From positions 4,325 through 68,324 of the forward strand of contig DATCDZ010000152.1 of the NCBI GenBank assembly GCA_036510395.1: 64,000 nucleotides of DNA, written 5' to 3'. Made by a program: the position numbers and the translations under genes. Positions 16,078 to 24,348 of the stretch are shown one piece after another (positions within the stretch are counted from its first letter, which is position 1; every line of letters starts with the position of its first letter). The notes beneath the pieces are model-generated. The model was not told the DNA's origin and did no database searches. It saw only the letters and a list, made by a program, of their open reading frames with translations. The stretch comes from Verrucomicrobiia bacterium (lineage in GTDB: Bacteria; Verrucomicrobiota; Verrucomicrobiia; Limisphaerales; UBA11358).

Positions 16078-17097
16078 ATGAATAATATGAAATGTTTTGT
16101 TACCGGCGCTTCCGGCTTCATCGGCTCGAATCTCGTCCACGAACTTGTCGCGCACGGGCACAGCGTGAAGGCGCTGGTGCGCGCGGGAAGCAATCTGAGC
16201 GGACTCGACGGCACGCACGCCCAACTCGTCACGGGCGACGTGCTGGACCGCAAACTGCTAGAACGCGAGGTTGACGGCTGCGACTGGTGCTTTCACACGG
16301 CGGCGATTTATCAATTGTGGATGCCAGATTACGCACCGATGTATGAGGCCAACGTCGAGGGCACGCGCAACGTCCTCGAAGCCGCCGGCAAAGCCGGTTG
16401 CATCCGCACTGTTTATACCAGCACCGTCGGCTGCATCGGCTTGCCGAAGGAAAAAGACGGAAAAATCGTTCCGGCCAACGAAGGCGAAAAGGTTTCCGAA
16501 GGGGACATGACGAACGATTACAAACGCTCGAAATTCCGCGCGGAAGGCGTGGCGATTGATTTGTTCCGGAAAAGAGGTTTGCCCATCGTCATCGTCAATC
16601 CGTCCGCGCCCGTCGGCCCGCGCGACGCGAAACCGACGCCGACCGGCCAGATCATCGTGGATTATTTGAACCGGAAACTGCCGGCGTATCTGGAGACCGG
16701 GCTGAATTGGGTTCACGTCCGCGACGTTGCCGCCGGGCACATTCTTGCGGCTGAAAAAGGCGTCATCGGCGAGCGCTATATCCTGGGCAATATGCAGGGC
16801 AATTGGACGATGGAAGAAACGCTCGCCGCGCTGCAAGAGATCACCGGCATCGCCGCGCCGAAGACAAAAATTCCGCACTGGGTCGCGCTCGTCGCCGCAC
16901 ACGTCAACGAGGGCACTTCCTTCTTCACGAAAAATCCGCCCAAGGCGCCGCTCGCGGGCGTCCGCATGGCGAAGGAAAAAATGTGGTTCAATCCCGCAAA
17001 GGCCGTCCGCGAACTCGGCCTGCCGCAAACGCCCCCCAAACAGGCCTTCGCCGACGCCGTCGAATGGTTTCGCAAGAACGGGTATGCGAATAAATAA
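16078..17097 (+). CDS. NAD-dependent epimerase/dehydratase (HpnA / dihydroflavonol-reductase-like)
   Basis: Start chosen at MNNMKCFVTGASGFIGSNLV (Rossmann GxxGxxG). The track start 15889 overlaps the convergent TPR gene. Confidence 0.8.
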   Translation: MNNMKCFVTGASGFIGSNLVHELVAHGHSVKALVRAGSNLSGLDGTHAQLVTGDVLDRKLLEREVDGCDWCFHTAAIYQLWMPDYAPMYEANVEGTRNVLEAAGKAGCIRTVYTSTVGCIGLPKEKDGKIVPANEGEKVSEGDMTNDYKRSKFRAEGVAIDLFRKRGLPIVIVNPSAPVGPRDAKPTPTGQIIVDYLNRKLPAYLETGLNWVHVRDVAAGHILAAEKGVIGERYILGNMQGNWTMEETLAALQEITGIAAPKTKIPHWVALVAAHVNEGTSFFTKNPPKAPLAGVRMAKEKMWFNPAKAVRELGLPQTPPKQAFADAVEWFRKNGYANK

Positions 17098-17129
17098 AAG
17101 GCGTAATTTTCATCCGTGGCTGAATAAAC

Positions 17130-17192
17130 TCATCGCTCATCGCCCGCCAGTTTCCGCGCCGCCAGGATTTTTTGCGACGGCTTGCAAATCCA
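17130..17192 (-). pseudogene. Displaced duplicate of the last ~20 codons of tgt
   Basis: The minus-strand reading WICKPSQKILAARKLAGDER* compares with the tgt C-terminus NYKPSQKILAARKAASNER*. The DNA core GCCGCCAGGATTTTTTGCGA(C/A)GGCTTG is shared with 17788-17850. Confidence 0.7.
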
Positions 17193-17222
17193 GCCAATCC
17201 GGTGCATGATTCAAACAGCCGA

Positions 17223-17465
17223 ATGAAAGCGATTGCAAATCAAAAAAGTGTGTTGAGCGGACACATCGTGGCCGACCGGGAAATTCTCGGCGGCGAACCG
17301 GTGTTTCGCGGGACGCGCGTGCCAGTCGCGTCGCTGTTCGAGCATCTGGAAAGCGATTGTTTGCTGGACGAATTTCTTGAAAACTTTCCGACCGTCAGCC
17401 GCGCCGCAGCGGTGGCCGTGCTCATGGGCGCGCAGGAATTGACGCTCGAAAGGGCGCGTCGGTGA
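17223..17465 (+). CDS. DUF433-type antitoxin-like protein
   Basis: HIVADREILGGEPVFRGTRVPVASLFEHLESDCLLDEFLENFPTVS is the typical DUF433 pattern. Its stop overlaps the GTG of the next ORF (GTGA). Confidence 0.75.
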   Translation: MKAIANQKSVLSGHIVADREILGGEPVFRGTRVPVASLFEHLESDCLLDEFLENFPTVSRAAAVAVLMGAQELTLERARR

Positions 17466-17784
17466 AAGTGCTGGTGGACGAGTGCGTGCCGTTGAAACTG
17501 GTGCGTCTGCTCACCAGCCACAATTTCAGCACGCGCAGCAAAAAGGCTGGGATGGTTTCAGCAATGGAAAACTTCTCGCGCAAGCCGAGCCGGAATTTGA
17601 TCTGTTCCTGACCAGTGACCGCAACTTGCAGTATCAGCAAAATCTCAAAGGCCGGAAAATTGCGATCCTGCTTTTGTCCACAAATCACTGGCCGACTTTG
17701 AAAAAACACGTTGAATTGGTCCAAGCTGCGCTGGACAAAATTTCTTCGGGCGAATTTGCGCGCGTAGAAATTCCGAAGAATTAA
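17462..17784 (+). pseudogene. DUF5615 (PIN-like) toxin-like gene with a -1 frame break at an A5 run
   Basis: Frame A from GTG 17462 reads VKVLVDECVPLKLVRLLTSHNFSTRSKK. Frame B continues GWDGFSNGKLLAQAEPEFDLFLTSDRNLQYQQNLKGRKIAILLL. The join lies at AAAAA 17540-17544, and one extra A would restore a single ORF. Confidence 0.7.
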
Positions 17785-17787
17785 ATT

Positions 17788-18933
17788 TCATCGTTCATTA
17801 CTCGCCGCTTTCCTTGCCGCCAGGATTTTTTGCGAAGGCTTGTAGTTGGCGATGAAGTTGCGGTGGTAATCCGCGAACGTCCCCGCCGCGATCGCCGCGC
17901 GCACTTCGGTCATCACTTTCAGATACAGGTGCGAGTTGTGGACGCTCACCATGCGCAGGCCGAGGATTTCATTCGCGCGCAGCAGATGGCGCAGATACGC
18001 GCGCGTGAACGTGCGGCACGCATAACATTCGCAGCCTTCCTCGATCGGGCCGAAATCCGTCTTGTAACTCGCGCCCTTGAGACCGAACGCGCCAGTGTGC
18101 GTGACCGCCGTGCCGGTGCGCGCGATGCGCGTGGGCAGCACGCAGTCGAACATGTCCACGCCGCGCGCGATCAGCTCGACCATCTGCGCGGGCGTGCCGA
18201 GACCCATCGCGTAACGCGCTTTTTTTTCCGGCAAAAATGGGACGGCCAGTTCAATCGCCTTGAACATTTCCGGTTCCGGTTCGCCGACGCTCACGCCGCC
18301 GATGGCGTAACCGTCAAATTCCATTTCCACGAGCGCCTTGGCGCATTGCTCGCGCAACGCGGCGTCGCTGCCGCCCTGGACGATGCCGAAAACTTTCTGG
18401 CCGTCGGCGCGCGGCTGCTCGCGACATTCGCGCGCCCAGCGGATGGTGCGTTCGACGGCGAGGCGCTGCTCCTTCGCGGGCGCGTCGTGCGGCGGACATT
18501 CGTCGAACACCATCGCGATGTCCGAGCCGAGCACGCGCTGGATTTCCATGGATTCCTTCGGCCCGATAAATAAAAGCGAGCCGTCAAGGTGGGAACGGAA
18601 TTCCACGCCGTGTTCTTTTACTTTGCGAATTTTTGCAAGGCTGAAAACCTGGAAGCCGCCGCTGTCGGTGAGAATCGGCTTTTCCCAATTCATGAATTTG
18701 TGCAGGCCGCCGGCGGCGCGAATGATGTCGAGTCCGGGACGGAGGTTCAGATGGTAAGTGTTGCCGAGAATGATCTGCGTGCCCATCTCGTGAAGTTCAC
18801 GCGGGTCGAGCGCCTTGACGCTGGCCTGCGTGCCGACGGGCATGAACACGGGCGTCTCGATGACACCGCGCGTCGTGGTCAATCTGCCGAGGCGCGCTTT
18901 GGTATGCGAGTCGGTTTTGAGGAGTTCAAACAT
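17788..18933 (-). CDS. tgt: tRNA-guanine transglycosylase (queuine tRNA-ribosyltransferase)
   Basis: ARLGRLTTTRGVIETPVFMPVGTQASVKAL...ILGNTYHL...LTDSGGFQVFSL...CECYACRTFTRAYLRHL. Confidence 0.93.
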   Translation of the reverse strand: MFELLKTDSHTKARLGRLTTTRGVIETPVFMPVGTQASVKALDPRELHEMGTQIILGNTYHLNLRPGLDIIRAAGGLHKFMNWEKPILTDSGGFQVFSLAKIRKVKEHGVEFRSHLDGSLLFIGPKESMEIQRVLGSDIAMVFDECPPHDAPAKEQRLAVERTIRWARECREQPRADGQKVFGIVQGGSDAALREQCAKALVEMEFDGYAIGGVSVGEPEPEMFKAIELAVPFLPEKKARYAMGLGTPAQMVELIARGVDMFDCVLPTRIARTGTAVTHTGAFGLKGASYKTDFGPIEEGCECYACRTFTRAYLRHLLRANEILGLRMVSVHNSHLYLKVMTEVRAAIAAGTFADYHRNFIANYKPSQKILAARKAASNER

Positions 18934-18934
18934 T

Positions 18935-19327
18935 TCAGTAATTCAAAACCGGCACGCCGCCCCAGCGAATGATTTTTTTATCGCGCGTGACCAGCGTGAG
19001 CCGGTGAACAATCGCCGCAGCAACGATCAATTGATCGGCAGGATCAGTCGTGGTCAAACCGGCGGCGGCAAGTTTGCAGGATTCGTCGGCGATTTCAGGT
19101 GTGATTGCCAAAATGATTAGATTTTCCGAAAGCGAATCGTGCATCCATTGCAACGGTGAACGGTCAAGAGGCAATTTTTGATATTCAACAGCCTTGCAGA
19201 TTTCCCAAAACGAAATATCTAATAGAAACAAAGGTGTTTCAGGTTCCATTAAAAATTTATGACGCAAAGAAATTTTGTCAGCGGATGAAATAGTTTTCTA
19301 TGCATTGGCATCAAGCAGATGGCTCAT
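18935..19327 (-). pseudogene. VapC-like PIN-domain toxin with an in-frame TAG at codon 10
   Basis: ATG 19327 overlaps the antitoxin stop (ATGA). The reading is MSHLLDANA-TAG(19300-19298)-KTISSADKISLRHKFLMEPETPLFLLDISFWEI...DPADQLIVAAAIVHRLTLVTRDKKI in a single frame. Confidence 0.7.
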
Positions 19328-19581
19328 TGCGTGGCTTTCCATTTCACATCCGGCCTGCCCAAATCTTTCAAAATGGAGCCGCGCGTCGCGCCATAAAGCG
19401 CGCCGGTTTGATTTTTTTTGGAAAGGATGTATTCCGATTTGCCGCGACGAATCGTGACTTTCTCGCCACGGTCGGCGGCGGAAAAAACCCGTTCTGGCGA
19501 ACGATAAAGAGCTGTCGCGGTTGCAGTCATCAGATAAACAGTATGATTGAACTGTTGCCGTGTCAATTGCAAGTCCGGCAA
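19324..19581 (-). CDS. Phd/YefM-like antitoxin
   Basis: TATALYRSPERVFSAADRGEKVTIRRGKSEYILS. The probable start is the internal ATG 19530 (MTATATAL). Confidence 0.6.
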   Translation of the reverse strand: MPDLQLTRQQFNHTVYLMTATATALYRSPERVFSAADRGEKVTIRRGKSEYILSKKNQTGALYGATRGSILKDLGRPDVKWKATQ

Positions 19582-19622
19582 AACGAAACATCCACGAACA
19601 GATCGGCGGCGATTTTTTCAAA

Positions 19623-20027
19623 TTACGGCTGGCTCGTGATTTTCTGCCAGTTGATTCCCTGCGTTCCGGCGAAAATCGCGAACGCCTTTTCATTCTGGAT
19701 CAGTACGGCGCGCACGACGCTCGAATCGTCCGCCCGGCCAAATTCAAGCTGGCTCTCGGGCAGGATGCTCGTTTTCTTGTGCGCGTAAAGCAGCGCGAAC
19801 ACCGCCTGCGCGACCGCCGCGTAAGGCAGCTCCTTGTAGTCGCCGCCGACGGCGTCTTCTACCGCGTCGGCGAGAAATTCAAGCTGGTCCACAAGGTGCG
19901 GAAATTTCGGCGCGCTGATCTGGGTGAATTCCAGTTTCCATTGCGGCAGTTGGCGCAGGACTTTTTCGGCGATGGACGGCGTGATGCCGGTTGAGCCGTT
20001 GTTGACGAACTTTGCGATTTCGGACAT
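19623..20027 (-). CDS. Hypothetical protein
   Basis: 134-aa ORF with protein-like composition. I recognise no family. Confidence 0.45.
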   Translation of the reverse strand: MSEIAKFVNNGSTGITPSIAEKVLRQLPQWKLEFTQISAPKFPHLVDQLEFLADAVEDAVGGDYKELPYAAVAQAVFALLYAHKKTSILPESQLEFGRADDSSVVRAVLIQNEKAFAIFAGTQGINWQKITSQP

Positions 20028-20121
20028 GGCGGCAATGTAGGGAAAGTCCCGGGCCGGCGAAAGTCAAATCGCCGGAGGAATCACGCTTCCATTCGACGCG
20101 AATTTCTTTTACGAATAGCGC

Positions 20122-21003
20122 GTGCAAGATTTGATCGCCAAAGCCGGAACGCTCCTCGAAGCGCTGCCGTATATCCAAAAGTTCAGCGGCGCGACCTTCG
20201 TCGTCAAATACGGCGGCAGTTTCATGGACTCGCCCGACGCCGAAATCCGCAACGGCGTCGCGCGCGACATCGTGTTTCTCGAAGCCGTCGAAATCAATCC
20301 CGTCATCGTCCACGGCGGCGGCAAGGCGATCACGCGCGCGATGGAACAGGCCGGTTTAATCGCGAATTTTATTCAAGGCCAGCGCGTCACCGACGAAGCC
20401 ACGGCAAAAATAGTGGACGACGTTTTGTCGCGCGAAATCAATCCAGACATCGTCGCAACAATCAATTCACTCGGCGGCGCGGCCGTCGGATTTTCCGGCG
20501 CGGACATTTTCAAATGCAAAAAATTGCTGCTTCACGACAGGGATAATCCCAGCAAAAAAATTGACATCGGCTACGTAGGCGAAGTCATCGAAGTCAACGT
20601 CGCGCCGCTCAAGGAATCCATCTGGTGCGGCCACACGCCCGTCATCAGCCCGACCGCGCGCGGCGAGGACGGAAAGATTTACAACTGCAACGCCGACATC
20701 GCCGCCGCGATGTGCGCGATCGCGCTCAACGCGAAACGGCTCGTTTTCTTGAGCGACGTTCCAGGACTGATGCGCGACCCGAAAAATGCTTCCACCGTCA
20801 TCGCGCATTTGCAAACAAATGAAGTGGACGGTCTGAAAAAATCCGGCGTGATTGACAAGGGCATGATTCCGAAAGTGGACAGCGCCGTCGCCGCCATCAA
20901 ATCCGGCGTGGAAAAAGTTTCCTTCGTAGACGGTTGCGTGCCGCATTCCGTCCTGCTGGAGATTTTCACGGACAAGGGAAACGGGACGGAAATTGTTTTG
21001 TGA
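20122..21003 (+). CDS. argB: Acetylglutamate kinase
   Basis: LPYIQKFSGATFVVKYGGSFM...VIVHGGGKAI...YNCNADIAAA. Confidence 0.9.
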   Translation: MQDLIAKAGTLLEALPYIQKFSGATFVVKYGGSFMDSPDAEIRNGVARDIVFLEAVEINPVIVHGGGKAITRAMEQAGLIANFIQGQRVTDEATAKIVDDVLSREINPDIVATINSLGGAAVGFSGADIFKCKKLLLHDRDNPSKKIDIGYVGEVIEVNVAPLKESIWCGHTPVISPTARGEDGKIYNCNADIAAAMCAIALNAKRLVFLSDVPGLMRDPKNASTVIAHLQTNEVDGLKKSGVIDKGMIPKVDSAVAAIKSGVEKVSFVDGCVPHSVLLEIFTDKGNGTEIVL

Positions 21004-21024
21004 TTTGCGATTTACGATTTACGA
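21004..21024. repeat. Heptanucleotide tandem array TTTRCGA x3 (argB-argD spacer)
   Basis: TTTGCGA TTTACGA TTTACGA. Confidence 0.7.
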
Positions 21025-21040
21025 TTCACCCGAATTGCAG

Positions 21041-22387
21041 ATGAAAGAAATTTTTCCAACACCGCCGCCGCTCGTGCAAAACCAGTTCGAGTCCGTGCGC
21101 GAATTGTTTTCCAAAAACGTCGTGCCCAGCTACGGCCGTTTTGATTTGGCGTTGAGCCACGGCAACGGCAGTTACGTCTTTGATGTCGCGGGCAAACGTT
21201 ATCTCGACCTCGGCGGCGGCATCGCCGTGAATTGTCTCGGCCACGCGCATCCGGCGATTTTGGAAGCGCTGAACGACCAAGCCAAAAAACTCATTCACGT
21301 TTCCAATTTGTATTACACCCAGCCGCAGGGAAAACTCGCGGCGGAAATCGTAAAACGCATCGGCGCGGGCAAAGTTTTTTTCTGCAACAGCGGCGCGGAG
21401 GCGAACGAAGGGCTTTTCAAAGCCGCGCGCAAATTCGGCCACGACGAGGGACGGTTTGAAATCCTGACCGCGACAAATTCTTTTCACGGACGGACGCTCG
21501 GCGGCATCGCCGCGACCGGCCAGGACAAGGTCAAAAAAGGTTTTGAGCCGATGACGCCGGGTTTCCGACATATTCCGTTCAACGATCTGGCAGCGGCGCG
21601 CAACGCGATTTCGCCCGCGACGGTTGCGATCATGATCGAAGGCGTGCAGGGCGAGGGCGGCGTCACGCCCGCGGCGCCGGAGTATTTGCTCGGCCTGCGC
21701 GCATTGTGCGACGAGAAAAAACTGCTGCTGTTCATGGACGCTGTGCAAGACGGACATTATCGCACTGGAAAATTTCAGAGCTTCCAGCGGATTTTGGAAA
21801 ATGTAGGACAGGCGTCGCGCCTGTCTCAAACTTCAAATAAAGAAAACGGAGACAGGCGCGACGCCTGTCCTACGGAATTTCTGCCAGACGGCCTTTCGAT
21901 GGCCAAGTCGCTCGGCGGCGGATTTCCGATGGGCGCGTTCTGGATGCGTGAACCGTTTCAAGATTTGCTCGGCGCGGGAACGCATGGCACGACTTACGGC
22001 GGCACGCCGCTCGCCTGCGCTGTTGCGCTGAAAATTCTTTCGGTCATCGAATCGGAAAAACTCGATGAACAGGCGCGCCAGCTCGGCGAGTGGATTTTGA
22101 GCGAATTGAAGCGGTTCGCGGAAATTTATCCGACCGTCGTCAAAAACGCGCGCGGCGTGGGCTTAATGCTCGGACTTGAACTGCAAGAAAAAGAAAAAAT
22201 TCCCAAATTTACCGCCAGCGAAAAATCGGCGGCCATCCAATTTACGAACCGTTTGCACGCGCTCGGCGTCATGGTGATTCCCGCAGGCAATCAAACGATC
22301 CGTTTGCTGCCGCCGCTGAATTTGAAGCCGCAGGAAGCGGGCGAAGGCATTTCCAAAATCGAGGAAGTCGTCAAATCGCTCGCGTGA
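21041..22387 (+). CDS. argD: Acetylornithine aminotransferase (class-III PLP enzyme) carrying an in-frame palindromic insert
   Basis: YGRFDLALSHGNGSYVFDVAGKRYLDLGGGIAVNCLGHAHP...FFCNSGAEANE...FHGRTLGG...DAVQ...AKSLGGGFPMGA. Start chosen at MKEIF. Confidence 0.88.
   Translation: MKEIFPTPPPLVQNQFESVRELFSKNVVPSYGRFDLALSHGNGSYVFDVAGKRYLDLGGGIAVNCLGHAHPAILEALNDQAKKLIHVSNLYYTQPQGKLAAEIVKRIGAGKVFFCNSGAEANEGLFKAARKFGHDEGRFEILTATNSFHGRTLGGIAATGQDKVKKGFEPMTPGFRHIPFNDLAAARNAISPATVAIMIEGVQGEGGVTPAAPEYLLGLRALCDEKKLLLFMDAVQDGHYRTGKFQSFQRILENVGQASRLSQTSNKENGDRRDACPTEFLPDGLSMAKSLGGGFPMGAFWMREPFQDLLGAGTHGTTYGGTPLACAVALKILSVIESEKLDEQARQLGEWILSELKRFAEIYPTVVKNARGVGLMLGLELQEKEKIPKFTASEKSAAIQFTNRLHALGVMVIPAGNQTIRLLPPLNLKPQEAGEGISKIEEVVKSLA
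21803..21873. repeat. Nested palindromic element (GTAGGA...TCCTAC family) inside argD
   Basis: Perfect 25-nt arms GTAGGACAGGCGTCGCGCCTGTCTC / GAGACAGGCGCGACGCCTGTCCTAC around a 21-nt loop. Each arm is itself a hairpin, GACAGGCG-TCG-CGCCTGTC. Confidence 0.9.
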
Positions 22388-22397
22388 TTCTGATTTT

Positions 22398-23027
22398 ATG
22401 ACTCCCGCCGCGCACAAACATTTGTCGAAACGCGATCCGGTGATGCGCCGGCTCATCCGCGAGCACGGCCAATGCGATCTCGCGCCGGAAAAACGCCCTC
22501 CATTTCAATCGCTCGTGATGGCCGTCGCGCACCAACAGCTCAACGGCATGGCGGCGAATACGATTCTGACGCGGTTCAAAAAGCTGTTTCCCGGCAGAAA
22601 GTTTCCGCGCCCGGAAGATTTGGCAAATGTGACGGACGAACAAATCCGCGCGTGCGGATTTTCCTTCGCAAAAATAAAATCCATCCGCGACATTGCAGAA
22701 AAAGCCCTGTCCGGCGTGATTCCAAGTTCACGTCAGATTGTGGAATTGCCTGACGACGAAATCGTGGCGCGGCTGATGGAAGTCCGCGGCGTCGGTCGCT
22801 GGACGGTCGAGATGCTTTTGATTTTTCAACTCGAGCGCGCAGACGTTTTGCCGGCCGACGATTTCGGAGTCCGCAGCGGATTTCGCATTGCCTACAAACA
22901 GCGCGAAATGCCGACGGTGAAAGAACTGCTCGCGTTCGGCGAAAAATGGAAGCCGCACCGCACGACGGCGGCGTGGTTTCTCTGGTGCGCGGCGGACGCG
23001 GCGAAAACAACGAAGAAAAAGAAGTGA
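22398..23027 (+). CDS. HhH-GPD DNA glycosylase (AlkA / 3-methyladenine glycosylase II-like)
   Basis: LMEVRGVGRWTVEMLLIFQLERADVLPADDFGVRSG. Confidence 0.75.
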   Translation: MTPAAHKHLSKRDPVMRRLIREHGQCDLAPEKRPPFQSLVMAVAHQQLNGMAANTILTRFKKLFPGRKFPRPEDLANVTDEQIRACGFSFAKIKSIRDIAEKALSGVIPSSRQIVELPDDEIVARLMEVRGVGRWTVEMLLIFQLERADVLPADDFGVRSGFRIAYKQREMPTVKELLAFGEKWKPHRTTAAWFLWCAADAAKTTKKKK

Positions 23028-23087
23028 CGCCACGACGGTCTTGCGTTAATAAATTCCTTTGGGCGGAATTCCCGAAATTTTTGAAAC

Positions 23088-23987
23088 GTGAAAAATCTGT
23101 TGTCATTGGAAAAATTGCCGGGCGCGGACATGGAGAAAATCCTGCGCGACGCCGCGATTTTCAAGCGGGAGCGGGCGCGGCTGGATCGCAAGCCGCTGGC
23201 CGGGCAGACATGGGCATTGATTTTCAGCAAATCCTCGACGCGCACACGGGTTTCGTTCGAGGTCGGCATCCGCGAACTCGGCGGGCAGGCGATGTTTCTC
23301 AACGCGAACGACATCCAGCTTGGACGGGGCGAGCCGATCAAGGACACCGCGCGAGTTTTGGGCCGCATGATCCACGGCGCGGTCATCCGCACGTTCGCGC
23401 AAACCGACGTCGAGGTGTTCGCGGAATTTTCAAAACTTCCGACCATCAACGCGCTGACCGACGACGAGCATCCGTGCCAGATTCTCGCGGACATTTTCAC
23501 GTTCAAGGAATTGCGCGGGCCGATTTCCGGCAAGGTCGTGACGTTCGTCGGCGACGGCGCGTGCAACGTGCCGGTGTCGTGGATTTTTGCCGCCGCGAAA
23601 CTCGGATTTGAATTAAGAATTGCCGCGCCGAAACAATTTCAGCCGTCCGCTGAAATTCTGGAACGCGCGGGCGGAAAAATCATTTGCACCGAGGATTTGA
23701 AAGCCGCCGTGAAGGGCGCAGATTTGCTTTACACGGACGTTTGGGTTTCGATGGGCAAGGAAAGCGAGTCAGCCGAGCGCTTAAAAATCTTGGCCGGCTA
23801 TCAAATCAATCGAAAGCTCGTGAAGCTCGCAAAGGCCGACGCGCTGGTGATGCACTGCCTGCCCGCGTATCGCGGCAAGGAAATTGACGGGGAAACTTTT
23901 GAGGCGAACGCGGACACGATTTTCACGCAGGCCGAAAACCGGCTTCACGTGCAGAAGGCGATTTTGAACTGGGCGGTTTCAACTTGA
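23088..23987 (+). CDS. argF: Ornithine carbamoyltransferase
   Basis: FSKSSTRTRVSFEVG...DDEHPCQILAD...HCLPAYRGKEI. Confidence 0.92.
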   Translation: MKNLLSLEKLPGADMEKILRDAAIFKRERARLDRKPLAGQTWALIFSKSSTRTRVSFEVGIRELGGQAMFLNANDIQLGRGEPIKDTARVLGRMIHGAVIRTFAQTDVEVFAEFSKLPTINALTDDEHPCQILADIFTFKELRGPISGKVVTFVGDGACNVPVSWIFAAAKLGFELRIAAPKQFQPSAEILERAGGKIICTEDLKAAVKGADLLYTDVWVSMGKESESAERLKILAGYQINRKLVKLAKADALVMHCLPAYRGKEIDGETFEANADTIFTQAENRLHVQKAILNWAVST

Positions 23988-23997
23988 AGCAAAGATT

Positions 23998-24321
23998 ATG
24001 AGCGCGCAAAGCAACATCTACCGTCATGTTGTGTTCTTCAAATTTCATGACCGGACCGGCAAGGAAACGGTGGACGCAATCGTGGAAGCCTTCCGCGTGC
24101 TGTGCGCCGGACTTCCATTTGTAAAAAGTTTTGAATGGGGGCGAAATTCCAGCCCGGAAAACCTTGACGAAGGCTTCACCCATTGTTTCATCGTGACCTT
24201 CGGGAGCGCAAAAGACCGTGACGCTTACCTGCCGCATCCTGCGCATCAGTCCTTCTGTAAAACTCATCTTGATCCAAATCTGGAAAAAGTTTGCGTGATT
24301 GATTACACACCGAACGACTGA
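23998..24321 (+). CDS. Dabb (stress-responsive A/B barrel) family protein
   Basis: YRHVVFFKFHD...FEWGRNSSPENLDEGFTHCFIVTFGSAKDRDAYLPHPAH. Confidence 0.75.
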   Translation: MSAQSNIYRHVVFFKFHDRTGKETVDAIVEAFRVLCAGLPFVKSFEWGRNSSPENLDEGFTHCFIVTFGSAKDRDAYLPHPAHQSFCKTHLDPNLEKVCVIDYTPND

Positions 24322-24348
24322 CCGCTTGAAATTCCGGCCGTCAGGTGC

